DNA of 64,000 nucleotides from Myxococcaceae bacterium (GTDB lineage Bacteria > Myxococcota > Myxococcia > Myxococcales > Myxococcaceae): the NCBI GenBank assembly GCA_046351675.1, contig JAXLYB010000002.1:64001-128000 (forward strand), read 5' to 3'. This document shows positions 24,858 through 33,939 of this stretch, in pieces; the first letter of the stretch is position 1; every line of letters begins with the position of its first letter. Under the pieces are notes generated by a model that worked only from the letters and a program-made list of their open reading frames with translations, was not told where the DNA came from and searched no databases. A program made the position numbers and the translations under genes.

Positions 24858-26726
24858 GTGGCTGGCGTGCGTCATTCCCGACTCATCTCGCTGTGCCTCT
24901 CGCTCGCCGCGCTCGGTGGGTGCGGCCCCGTCACCCCGCCGCCCGAGCCGCCGCACTTCCTGTGGTCGGCCGACCCGACGAGCGTCGACAACCCGTTCCC
25001 TGATCAACGCATCGTCGCCGACACCTCGCAGCGGCCGCGCTGGTACCAGACGTTCCTCCCGAGCAAGGCCGTCACCGCGCGCTCGGCGGCGTACTTCAAC
25101 AAGGTCGGCGCGCAGTTCTCCCGCGAGGTCGAGGGCACCGGCGCGTTCGGCGGCACGCTGCTGCCCGCGAGTGAGGCGCTCGACCCGGACACCGTGCAGG
25201 GCTCCATCGCGCGCCTGAAGAAGAACGCGAGCGGCGGCTGGGACGTGCTCGAGCGCGCCGTGCCCGTCGACCACCTGCGCGACGTCTTCGCGCGCCGTGG
25301 CATGCCGCTGCCCGAGGGCTCACCGGAATTCCTGTCGACCCGCCCCACCGTGCCGCTGCCCGAAGACACCGACGGCCTGCTGGTGGTGCTCGCCGGCCCA
25401 AAGACGAAGAGCGGCGTCGCGTTCGGGCGCGCGCAGGCGTGGACCGACACGAAGCCCGACGTGAGCGCAGTCGCCCAGGCGCTCGGCGTCACGCCCGAGA
25501 GCGTGCTCTTCACGCTGCCGCAGCACGCCCCGAAGGTGACCGCCGTGCCGCGCGCGCTCGCTGCGTGGGCCAACGCGCACCCGCCGGCCGCGACGATTCC
25601 ACCGCACGCGGTGCTCGCCGACGGCAACGCCACGCGCCCCGTCGGCAAGTGGACGCCCGCCGACGCCGACTGGTCCGAGCTGCTGCGCTGGCTCGAGCGT
25701 CACCCGTTCAGCCAACCCGCCGCGCACGTGGGCCAGGTCTTCATCGGAGAGCTCGCGGCGCGCGACCTGCGCGACGGCAGCACCATCAGCCGCGCGTGGA
25801 CGGCGGACCCCTCGCAGGCGCCCGTGGTGCCGCTGCGCTTCGTGCTCACGCTGCCATCGGGGCCGAAGCCCGCGGGCGGGTGGCCGGTGGTGATGGGCGC
25901 GCACGGCGTCAACGCGCGCAACACGCCGAAGAGCTCGGTGCTCGACGCGTACTGCCTCGAGTGGGCCGAGCCGCTCGCCGCGAAGGGCCTGGGCTGCATC
26001 GGCATCGACGCGCCGGAGCACGGCAGCCGCGGCAACTTCACCAACTTCTTCAGCATGGACGACCTGCCCGCGATTCGGGACCGGCTGCGCGAGATGACGT
26101 TCGACCTCTTGCAGGTGGAGTCGGCGCTGCAGACCCTCGACGTCGACGGCGATGGCCAGCCCGACGTGGCGCCGCGCGTGCGCTACTTCGGCAACTCGCT
26201 GGGGGCCATCATGGGCGGCAACTTCGTACCGGTGTCGAACCGCGTCTCGACCGCGGTGCTCAACGTGCCCGGCGGGGGGCTGTCGAACGTGGTGATGAGC
26301 CAGGAGCTGCAGGACCTCATCGGTCTCCTCATCGTCGCGCAGACCGACCTGGCCTTCGATTCACCCGAGTACGTCGCGTCGTTCCCGCTCTTCCGCGCGG
26401 TGGCGCAGCCGCTGTTCGACCCGGGCGACCCCATCACCCAGGCGCAGGCCGCGCGGCCGGAGATGGCGGTGCTGCTGCAGGAAGGCGTGGGTGACCGCAC
26501 CATTCCCAACGACACGAGCCGGGACCTCGCGGCGGCGTTGAAGCTCTCGGTGCCTCCGACCGATGCGACGCACGCGTTCGTCGAGGTGGACCCGACGTGG
26601 TTCCGCCCCGCGGCGCAGCTGCAGGACTACAACGCGCACGGCGTCATCTGGGACTTCGCGCCGGTCAGGGAAGAAGCGATGACCTTCCTCGGCTCGGACG
26701 GCGCGACGTTGTTGATGCCGCGTTGA
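24858..26726 (+). CDS. lipoprotein with C-terminal alpha/beta-hydrolase-like domain
   Basis: Lipobox (LSLAALGGCG). The GxSxG nucleophile elbow is YFGNSLGAIMGG. 622 aa. Confidence 0.5.
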   Translation: MAGVRHSRLISLCLSLAALGGCGPVTPPPEPPHFLWSADPTSVDNPFPDQRIVADTSQRPRWYQTFLPSKAVTARSAAYFNKVGAQFSREVEGTGAFGGTLLPASEALDPDTVQGSIARLKKNASGGWDVLERAVPVDHLRDVFARRGMPLPEGSPEFLSTRPTVPLPEDTDGLLVVLAGPKTKSGVAFGRAQAWTDTKPDVSAVAQALGVTPESVLFTLPQHAPKVTAVPRALAAWANAHPPAATIPPHAVLADGNATRPVGKWTPADADWSELLRWLERHPFSQPAAHVGQVFIGELAARDLRDGSTISRAWTADPSQAPVVPLRFVLTLPSGPKPAGGWPVVMGAHGVNARNTPKSSVLDAYCLEWAEPLAAKGLGCIGIDAPEHGSRGNFTNFFSMDDLPAIRDRLREMTFDLLQVESALQTLDVDGDGQPDVAPRVRYFGNSLGAIMGGNFVPVSNRVSTAVLNVPGGGLSNVVMSQELQDLIGLLIVAQTDLAFDSPEYVASFPLFRAVAQPLFDPGDPITQAQAARPEMAVLLQEGVGDRTIPNDTSRDLAAALKLSVPPTDATHAFVEVDPTWFRPAAQLQDYNAHGVIWDFAPVREEAMTFLGSDGATLLMPR

Positions 26727-27534
26727 TCAGCGTGAGGCCGTAGCGAAATTGTCCCTCGGGTGTGCGGGCGTCGGGCGGGCCGGTGAGCACCGCTTCGAGC
26801 GCGCCGGGGTGACCGCCGCGTCGCGCGAGCTGAAGGAAGAGGACTCCGCACAACGCCGCGATTCGCTGCCGCACGCGCAGGAATCGCTCGGGCAGTGTGG
26901 TGAGGGGCGCTCCGTCGTAGGCCGAGAGCAGGTGCGCGGTGTCTGCGTCATCGAGCCGGAAGAAGAGCGAGAGCGTCGCGAGGTCGTGCAGCGGCTCGTT
27001 CGGGCCTGCCGAGTCCCAGTCGACGAAGAGCACGCGGTCGCCGGCGTCGAGGAGGTTGGTGGGGTTCAGGTCGTTGTGGCTCAGCACCGGCGACTGATCA
27101 GACGGCGGCAGCGGGTGGTCGAGCACGGCGCGCACGGTGTCGATGGCCCACGCGGGCACAGGGAAGTCAGAGAGGCTGGCCCAGGTCTCAGCGAGGAAGG
27201 CGTGCGCGTCGCGCGTCGTCGCGTCCGGTGGAATCGGCAGTGCATGCAAGCGGCGGACGGTCGCGCCGAGCTGCGTGAGCGTGGCCGCACGCGTGGCGGG
27301 CGCGGCGAGGCGCGGGAAGAGCGGGTGCGGTGCCACGTATTCGGTGATGACCGTGCGTCCGCTCTCGTCGGCCTTCACGAAGGTTGGGGCGAGGCCTGCG
27401 CTCGCGGCGGCTCGAAGAATTTCCACGCGGGCTCGCCAGGCGTCGAGCGGCTCGTCAGCGGAGGTGGTCTTGAGCATGCAGAGGCGGCCGTTGAGTTCGA
27501 CTCGGCTGACTTGCGCTCCGGACAGACCGGGCAT
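26665..27534 (-). CDS. aminoglycoside/choline-kinase-like phosphotransferase (APH family)
   Basis: Brenner motif (LSHNDLNPTNLL) and FVDWDSAG. The start is placed at MPGLSGAQV (cat 27532..27534). The longer ORF to 27594 has an N-terminal extension (MSPLSPSPPEEERVGVRR) translated from a palindromic repeat and is rejected. Confidence 0.6.
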   Translation of the reverse strand: MPGLSGAQVSRVELNGRLCMLKTTSADEPLDAWRARVEILRAAASAGLAPTFVKADESGRTVITEYVAPHPLFPRLAAPATRAATLTQLGATVRRLHALPIPPDATTRDAHAFLAETWASLSDFPVPAWAIDTVRAVLDHPLPPSDQSPVLSHNDLNPTNLLDAGDRVLFVDWDSAGPNEPLHDLATLSLFFRLDDADTAHLLSAYDGAPLTTLPERFLRVRQRIAALCGVLFLQLARRGGHPGALEAVLTGPPDARTPEGQFRYGLTLINAASTTSRRPSRGRSSLLP

Positions 27535-27540
27535 CGGGTT

Positions 27541-27584
27541 TCTCCTCACCCCGACCCTCTCCTCCTCGGGAGGAGAGGGAGACA
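27541..27584. repeat. palindromic repeat unit in the 56-nt gap between co-directional genes
   Basis: CTCCTCACCCCGACCCTCTCCTCCTCGGGAGGAGAGGGAG. Confidence 0.85.
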
Positions 27585-27590
27585 GGGGGC

Positions 27591-28067
27591 TCACTCGGGT
27601 CGCAGGTACATCACCCTGACTGGCCCGTCTGGTGTCGCAACGACCAACACGCGCTCGAGCACCTTGCCGCTCGCGTCAGTGGCCATCACGTTGAAGCTCC
27701 ACACCAGCGAGGTCGCGCCGGGCTCACCGCCAGGTCCGCCATCGACCGACATCACGCGCACGGTGACGCCGGGCTTCACGCTCAGCGCCTTCACCTCGAC
27801 GCGCACCGGCGACTTGCCCGCGAAGCGCGCACACGAGACGTCGGCGGTCTCGATGGCCAGCTCCCAATCGGTCGTCAGGCTCGAGATCTTCTCCACGCGC
27901 CGCGTCGGCGTGCCGCTCGTCGTCGCGGGAATCAGCTCGCCCACCGCCAGCGCCTTGCCCGCGAAGGTCCACGTGAAGGGCAGCGTCGGCGTCGAAGTCG
28001 AAGAGCGCATGGGGCACCCCGCAAGAAGGAGAAGTCCACCGGCCGCGAGTGCGACGCGCGCGCTCAC
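27591..28067 (-). CDS. small lipoprotein, hypothetical; GTG start overlapping the upstream stop (GTGA)
   Basis: GTG (cac 28065..28067) gives M/VSARVALAAGGLLLLAGCP with lipobox LLAGC. There is no in-frame ATG upstream of the signal peptide. The same frame continues as the meaningless ORF 27591..28577. Confidence 0.5.
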   Translation of the reverse strand: MSARVALAAGGLLLLAGCPMRSSTSTPTLPFTWTFAGKALAVGELIPATTSGTPTRRVEKISSLTTDWELAIETADVSCARFAGKSPVRVEVKALSVKPGVTVRVMSVDGGPGGEPGATSLVWSFNVMATDASGKVLERVLVVATPDGPVRVMYLRPE

Positions 28068-30334
28068 TTGTTGATGACCACCGTGGCGTCGGTGCCGTTG
28101 GTGTTGCCCGACGCGTCGGTGAGCGCGCTCATCGGCACGGTGACCGTGTACGCGCCCGTTTGCGTCATCGTGTCGTCGCTGATCCACGCCAGCTCGACGT
28201 CGCTCCAGGTGAAGCGCACGTTGAGGTTGGTGCCCGACGGCGCGCGCACCACGAAGTTGTGTGACGCCCCGGCCGCGGGGTGCGCGTGGGCTCCGAGCGT
28301 CGGGCTGGCATCGGAATCCCACAGGCGGAAGTGGTCGGTCACGTCGTCGATGCCGCCGGTGTACACGCTCGGGTTCGGCGGGAAGCGCGCCTCGAGCACG
28401 AGCCGGTCGTTGCTCAGCCGCCCGGTGACCGCGACGGCGAGGCTGGCGGTGACGGTGAACGCGCGGCTGGTGAGCTCGTACGTGCTCTTCGCGCCGCCCT
28501 GCTGCGCCGTGCCGCGGGCGACGAAGCGGTATTCCCCGAGCGGCAAATCGGGCACCGCCTCGAACTTCGCGGTCCACTGGTGGGTGCGCACGGTCGCCTG
28601 GTCGTCGCTCTTGAAGGTCGGCGTCGCGGCGTAGCGCAGGAGCACCTCGGGCCCGTTCACCACCGGCCGCGTGGCGCTCGCCATCAGCGGTACGAACGCG
28701 CCGTTCACCTTCTGCTCGACCGAGACCCTGGGGAGCCCGAGGCCCGGGTCGCCGCCCTCGAACTGGAAGACGAAGGTGCGCAGGCGCTCTTGATCAACCG
28801 GCTCGGTCACCACCTGCGGCGCGCGCATCGAGTCGTCCGGCACGCGCGGCGTCGGGTCGGTCAGCGGCGCCGCGTCGACCGCGGGCTGCGTCTCGTCGTA
28901 CGTCGCCGCGAAGGTCGACAGCTCGCTCAAGAGATACGGGCCGAACTTCCACCCGAAGGCCGACACCGTGGGCTCGTACCCGCCGCGCAGCCAGTCATCG
29001 GCTTCGAGCAGGTAGCCGAAGTGATCTTGCGAGTAGCCGACCGGCAGCGTGGTCTTCGCGCCGAGGCCCGCGAGCGCCTCTTCCATCTTGCGCGTCAGCC
29101 CCGTGCCCGGCTCGCCGGGCAGCGTGAAGAACAAGAGGTCGTCACCGAGCCGCACCATCGAGAGCGAGGTGTGGAAGGGACGCTTGCGCTCGAGCGGCAG
29201 GCACAGCACCTGCGACGGCGTCGACACCACTTCACCGCACGCGCCCGGACCGCCCGCCTGGCACTGGAGCCCGCCCGACTCGGGGAATTCGCCCGGCGCG
29301 TACCCGATGGCCTCGCGGCTCACCAACACGCCGCGCTCACGGAAGTCGAGCCGCACGCCGGCGGGCGCGTTGCCCGGCGCAGCGGCCTTCCACGCCTGCT
29401 CGACGACGAGCGCCGCGACGCGCCCCTGCCGCTCGATGTTCTGCAGGTCGCGGTGACCGAAGGGGCTGCCGCGCGGTGACACGTCGCCCGCCGCGCCCTG
29501 CACGTACTGCACGGGGATGCCGAGGCGGTCGCTCGCGTAGAGCTCCATGCCGCCCGGGCCGTCGGTGGACTGGAGCGTGTTGTCGCTGCCCAGCACCGTG
29601 CCGTGCATCGCGTAGTGCACCAGCGCGGTGAGCGGCTTGATGGGCGCGCCGCTGCCGTCGACCACGTCGAAGCGAATCACGGTGACCGCGGTGTCGCGGA
29701 AGTCGTGTCCGTAGATGGGGTCGTTCTCGCAGCGGCGGTCGTTGTTGAAGTCACTGCCGTCGGCGCTGCCGATGCCGACGCTCACCGGCTGCAGCGAGGC
29801 GAAGGCCCGCGTGATGGCGTCGACGATGGCGGTGGTGAGGCGCGCGTCCTGCTCGGCGTCGTAGTGGTCCATCACCAGCGCGACGAAGTCGGTGCCGTTC
29901 GGGTCGCCGAGGTGCGCGGGCGGCATGAAGCGCGCGGGGCCGGCGTGGGTGTGCGTCGAGTAGAGCACCACGTTCGCGGTCTCCCCGGTCGCGGCGAGCG
30001 CGGCGCGCACGCGGGTGCGCAGCGTGGGCGAGACGATGGTGAGGTCGAGGCGCACGAAGGCGACGCGCGAGATGCCGTTGCTCAGCGCCAGCGCGCGCGC
30101 GGTCGGCTCGACGTGCATGCCCTGGCTCGCGGGGAACTGAATCGCCCACGGCGAGCCGGGGTCGGAGCCGGGGCGCGTGCGGAGGTAACCACCCATCGGC
30201 ATGCCGACTGGCGAGTCGAGCAGGGTGGTGGCGGTGCCGGCCTGCAGCGGGCCGGGCGGAGGCGGCGGCGCGGGCTTCGGTGGAGGACAGGCGCTGATCA
30301 GCGCGGCAACGGACAGAACGAGGAGACGACGCAT
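28064..30334 (-). CDS. neutral/alkaline ceramidase-family lipoprotein
   Basis: Lipobox (LVLSVAALISACP). VAFVRLDLTIVS...NVVLYSTHTHAGP matches the neutral ceramidase N-terminal catalytic region (VVFVNTDLGMI...LAATHTHSGP). 756 aa, with a C-terminal beta-sandwich-like tail. Confidence 0.6.
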   Translation of the reverse strand: MRRLLVLSVAALISACPPPKPAPPPPPGPLQAGTATTLLDSPVGMPMGGYLRTRPGSDPGSPWAIQFPASQGMHVEPTARALALSNGISRVAFVRLDLTIVSPTLRTRVRAALAATGETANVVLYSTHTHAGPARFMPPAHLGDPNGTDFVALVMDHYDAEQDARLTTAIVDAITRAFASLQPVSVGIGSADGSDFNNDRRCENDPIYGHDFRDTAVTVIRFDVVDGSGAPIKPLTALVHYAMHGTVLGSDNTLQSTDGPGGMELYASDRLGIPVQYVQGAAGDVSPRGSPFGHRDLQNIERQGRVAALVVEQAWKAAAPGNAPAGVRLDFRERGVLVSREAIGYAPGEFPESGGLQCQAGGPGACGEVVSTPSQVLCLPLERKRPFHTSLSMVRLGDDLLFFTLPGEPGTGLTRKMEEALAGLGAKTTLPVGYSQDHFGYLLEADDWLRGGYEPTVSAFGWKFGPYLLSELSTFAATYDETQPAVDAAPLTDPTPRVPDDSMRAPQVVTEPVDQERLRTFVFQFEGGDPGLGLPRVSVEQKVNGAFVPLMASATRPVVNGPEVLLRYAATPTFKSDDQATVRTHQWTAKFEAVPDLPLGEYRFVARGTAQQGGAKSTYELTSRAFTVTASLAVAVTGRLSNDRLVLEARFPPNPSVYTGGIDDVTDHFRLWDSDASPTLGAHAHPAAGASHNFVVRAPSGTNLNVRFTWSDVELAWISDDTMTQTGAYTVTVPMSALTDASGNTNGTDATVVINK

Positions 30335-30354
30335 CGGGCGCTCACCGTACCGTA

Positions 30355-30459
30355 CTCCCTCTCCTCCCGAGGAGGAGAGGGTCGGGGTGAGGAGAAAAGC
30401 GTCGAAGCGCCACCCCTCTCGTTCCGGCGCAACCCTCTCCTCCCGAGGAGGAGAGGGAG
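30355..30459. repeat. full palindromic repeat unit plus a second partial unit filling the divergent promoter region between 30334 (-) and 30472 (+)
   Basis: CTCCCTCTCCTCCCGAGGAGGAGAGGGTCGGGGTGAGGAG ... AGCGTCGAAGCGCC ... CCCTCTCCTCCCGAGGAGGAGAGGGAG. Confidence 0.85.
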
Positions 30460-30471
30460 TGTTGGAGTACG

Positions 30472-32223
30472 GTGCTCGCGATGGACGTCGCGCGCATCAG
30501 GCTCAACGACACGTGCAACCTCGCGTGCGCGTTCTGCAATGCCCGCGCTGACGTCGAGACACCTTCGTTCGCCGCGGCCGGCGCGGTGAAGCAGCGCATC
30601 GACGCCGCGCTGCGCTCGGGCGCCAAACAGCTCGTGCTCACCGGTGGAGAGCCGACGCTCCGCCGCGACCTGCCCGACATCGTGCGCTACTGCGCGCAGA
30701 ACGACCGCCGCGTCACGCTCGAGACCAACGCGCTGCTCATCGACGGCGCGCTCGCTGCACGACTGAAGGCGGCTGGCCTCGCGCACGCGCTGGTGCACCC
30801 GGTGACCGCGCAGACCCGCGATGGACTCCGCGCGCTGCACGACGCGGGCGTCACGCTCGAGGCGGTGCTTGCCCTCACGCGCACGTCAGCGCCGAGCGTC
30901 GCGAGTTGGCCGGCGGAGGTGCGCGCGATCGGCGTGCCGCTCGCTGGCCTGGTCGCCGTGATCCCCGTCGAGAGCCCCGCGCCCGGCGAAGTGCTCGACC
31001 TGCGCGATGCCGGTCGCCTGGTCGAACAGCTCGACACGGCCGCGCGCCACGAGGGCCTGCCGTTGCGCCTGGCCGACGGCGTCGCGCTCCCGCCCTGCCA
31101 GGTCGACGCGCCCGCACGGCTCTCGCACCTCTTCCACCTCTCGCGCGGCGGCGCACAACGCGACGACTGCGCTCGCCGGCCCGGCTGCACGGACTGCGTG
31201 GTCGCCTCGATGTGTCCCGGTCTCCCGCTCGCGGCGCCCGCGGCCCAGGAGCGCCCGCTCCACGGCGAGGCGCTGCGCCGGCGGCTCTCGAGCATCAGCA
31301 GCTTCGCCGAGCAGATCGACCGCGAACTGGTGACGCGCACGCAGCGCAACCGCGGCCAGTGGGCGGTGCGCGAGCACATCGTGCGCATCAACTTCCGCTG
31401 CAACCAGGCGTGCCGCTTCTGCTTCGTGTCGACGCACCTGCCGAGCGCCGAAGACCGCGCCATCGAGGCGGCGATTCTCGACGTGGCGCGCGAGGGCGGC
31501 GTGGTGACGCTCTCGGGCGGAGAGCCGACGCTCAACCCGAAGCTCGAGCAGTGGGTGCGCCTCGCGAAGTCGAGTGGCGCGAGCCTCGTCGAGCTGCAGA
31601 CCAACGCCACGAAGCTGGGTGACCGTGCGCTGACCGAGCGGCTCGTCGCGGCGGGCGTCGACGTGGCGTTCGTCTCGCTGCACGGCTCGACCGCGGCGGT
31701 GAGCGACGTGGTCACGGGAGCGCCGGGCACGTTCGACGAGACGGTGCGTGGCCTCGACGAACTGCACCTCACGAGCGTGAAGCTGCTGATCAACTTCGTG
31801 CTCTGCGAGGCGAACTACCGCGACTTCCCCGCGTTCATCGAGCTGCTCGGCGCGCGCTGGCCCCGCGCCACGGTGAACGTCAGCTTCGTCGCGCCCTCGA
31901 CCGACGTGGTGCCGCGCGAGACCTCGCTCATTCCCCGCTACACCGACGCGATGCCCTTCCTCGCCGACGGGCTGCGGGCGACCGAGAAGCTGGGCCTCAC
32001 GGTGGTGGGCTTCGACTCGATGTGCGGGCTGCCGCTGTGTCTCGTGCCGACCGACGTCTCGAAGTTCTTCACGCTCGGCGACGCGCCGGATTCCGAGGGC
32101 GAGTTCGAGAAGCCCGAGACGTGCCGCGCGTGCTCACTGCAGCGCGAGTGCTTCGGCCTGCGGCGCGGCTACGCCGAGCTGTACGGCACGGGCGAGCTGC
32201 GCGCGGTCACCACGCAATCCTGA
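30472..32223 (+). CDS. double radical-SAM protein: two complete radical SAM domains, each followed by a Cys-rich SPASM/twitch-like segment
   Basis: Module 1 has CNLACAFCN (CxxxCxxC) and LTGGEPTL, then CARRPGCTDCVVASMC. Module 2 has CNQACRFCF and LSGGEPTLNP, then C-terminal CGLPLC...CRACSLQREC. The start is GTG 30472 or ATG 30481. Confidence 0.75.
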   Translation: MLAMDVARIRLNDTCNLACAFCNARADVETPSFAAAGAVKQRIDAALRSGAKQLVLTGGEPTLRRDLPDIVRYCAQNDRRVTLETNALLIDGALAARLKAAGLAHALVHPVTAQTRDGLRALHDAGVTLEAVLALTRTSAPSVASWPAEVRAIGVPLAGLVAVIPVESPAPGEVLDLRDAGRLVEQLDTAARHEGLPLRLADGVALPPCQVDAPARLSHLFHLSRGGAQRDDCARRPGCTDCVVASMCPGLPLAAPAAQERPLHGEALRRRLSSISSFAEQIDRELVTRTQRNRGQWAVREHIVRINFRCNQACRFCFVSTHLPSAEDRAIEAAILDVAREGGVVTLSGGEPTLNPKLEQWVRLAKSSGASLVELQTNATKLGDRALTERLVAAGVDVAFVSLHGSTAAVSDVVTGAPGTFDETVRGLDELHLTSVKLLINFVLCEANYRDFPAFIELLGARWPRATVNVSFVAPSTDVVPRETSLIPRYTDAMPFLADGLRATEKLGLTVVGFDSMCGLPLCLVPTDVSKFFTLGDAPDSEGEFEKPETCRACSLQRECFGLRRGYAELYGTGELRAVTTQS

Positions 32224-32280
32224 AGCAGCCATGAAGAAGCCGTGAAGGAGCGGCCGCCCATTCCGGGTGTCCTTCTCTTC

Positions 32281-33813
32281 ATGAAAACCAACCCCGCCCG
32301 TCTCGCCCTCTTCGCGCTCGCGGCCGTCGTCGCCGTGGGGTGCTCGTACTCGGCCTACCCGCACCCGCGCGCGATGCTCGAAGTCGAACCCTCCGAGGCG
32401 CCGCTGCCTGCTGACGCCAACCGCGAGCGCTACGAGTTCATCAGCGAGCAGCCGTTCCTCGCGGTGACTGATCAGCCGCTCTCGACCTTCTCCATCGACG
32501 TCGACACCGCCTCGTACGCCAACGTGCGCCGCTTCCTGTCGCAGGGCGAGCGCCCGCCGAAGGACTCGGTGCGCATCGAGGAGCTGCTCAACACCTTCCC
32601 CTTCGCGTACCCCGCGCCGACCGACGACGCGCCGTTCGGCGTGCACGCGGAGGTCTTCACCTGCCCGTGGGCGCCCGAGCACCGCTTGCTCAAGCTGGGA
32701 CTCAAGGCGCGCGAGGTCGAGCTGAAGGACCGGCCGCGCGCGAACCTCGTCTTCCTGCTCGACGTCAGCGGCTCGATGGACGCGCCGAACAAGCTCCCGT
32801 TGCTCAAGTCGGCGTTCAAGCTGCTCGCTTCGCGGCTGCGCGCGGACGACACGGTGGCCATCGTGGTCTACGCGGGCGCGTCGGGCCTGGTGCTCCCGCC
32901 CACGCGCGGCAATGACGAGGCGCGCATCGCCAACGCGCTCGACCAGCTGATGGCCGGGGGCTCGACGCACGGGAGCTCGGGCATCGAGCTCGCCTACCGC
33001 ACGGCCGAAGAGCACTTCGTGAAGGGCGGCATCAACCGCGTCATCCTCGCGACCGACGGCGACTGGAACGTCGGCACCACCAGCGACGGCGCGCTGATTC
33101 GCCTCGTGGAAGAGAAGGCGAAGTCGGGCGTGGCGCTCACGGTGCTCGGGTTCGGCATGGGCAACTACAACGACTCGATGCTCGAGAAGCTCGCCGACCA
33201 CGGCAACGGCAACTACGCGTACATCGACAACCTGAACGAGGCGCGGCGGGTGCTGGTCGAGCAGGCGAGCGGCACGCTGCTGACGCTCGCGAAGGACGTG
33301 AAGCTGCAGGTCGAGTTCAACCCGGCGCGTGTCGGTGCGTACCGGCTCATCGGCTACGAAGACCGGGCGCTGCGCACGCGTGACTTCAACGACGACCAGA
33401 AAGACGCGGGCGAGCTGGGGGCGGGCCACAATGTCACGGCGCTGTACGAGCTGATTCCCGCGGGGCGCGCTGAGGTGCCGCTCGTCGAGCCGCTGCGCTA
33501 CCAGCAGCAGGGCAGCGCGGTGCCGAGCACCGAGCTGGCGGCGGTGAAGGTGCGCTTCAAGGCGCCCGAGGCGACCACGAGCCAGCTCCGTCGCTATGTG
33601 GTCAGCGACGAGGGGCACTCGTTGGCCCAGGCGTCGTCGGAAGCGCGCTTCGCCGCGGCGGTCGCAGAGTTCGGGCTCTTGCTGCGCGACTCGGCGTTCA
33701 AGGGCAAGGCGTCGTACGAAGACGTGCTCGCGCTCGCGACGCCGGCGGCGAACACGCAAGCGCGGCAGGAGTTCCTCGACCTCACGAAGCGAGCGGCGCA
33801 ACTCGCCCACTGA
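32281..33813 (+). CDS. von Willebrand factor type A (VWA) domain lipoprotein (YfbK-like)
   Basis: ATG 32281 gives MKTNPARLALFALAAVVAVGCS with a lipobox. The VWA MIDAS segment is LVFLLDVSGSM...TDG. The ORF is open from GTG 32242. Confidence 0.7.
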   Translation: MKTNPARLALFALAAVVAVGCSYSAYPHPRAMLEVEPSEAPLPADANRERYEFISEQPFLAVTDQPLSTFSIDVDTASYANVRRFLSQGERPPKDSVRIEELLNTFPFAYPAPTDDAPFGVHAEVFTCPWAPEHRLLKLGLKAREVELKDRPRANLVFLLDVSGSMDAPNKLPLLKSAFKLLASRLRADDTVAIVVYAGASGLVLPPTRGNDEARIANALDQLMAGGSTHGSSGIELAYRTAEEHFVKGGINRVILATDGDWNVGTTSDGALIRLVEEKAKSGVALTVLGFGMGNYNDSMLEKLADHGNGNYAYIDNLNEARRVLVEQASGTLLTLAKDVKLQVEFNPARVGAYRLIGYEDRALRTRDFNDDQKDAGELGAGHNVTALYELIPAGRAEVPLVEPLRYQQQGSAVPSTELAAVKVRFKAPEATTSQLRRYVVSDEGHSLAQASSEARFAAAVAEFGLLLRDSAFKGKASYEDVLALATPAANTQARQEFLDLTKRAAQLAH

Positions 33814-33814
33814 A

Positions 33815-33924
33815 CTCCCTCTCCTCTTCAGAGGAGAGGGTCGGGGTGAGGAGTAACCAAACTCCCACGCCCGAAGTCGGCCCCTCACCCCAGCCCTCTC
33901 CCCGCTTTCGCAGGGAGAGGGAGA
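33815..33924. repeat. inverted pair of palindromic repeat units (33815..33858 and 33881..33924) starting 2 nt after the VWA stop
   Basis: CTCCCTCTCCTCTTCAGAGGAGAGGGTCGGGGTGAGGAGTAACC ... CCCCTCACCCCAGCCCTCTCCCCGCTTTCGCAGGGAGAGGGAGAG. The second unit is a stem variant with a longer loop. Confidence 0.85.
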
Positions 33925-33939
33925 GTACGCTCCGCCGAC

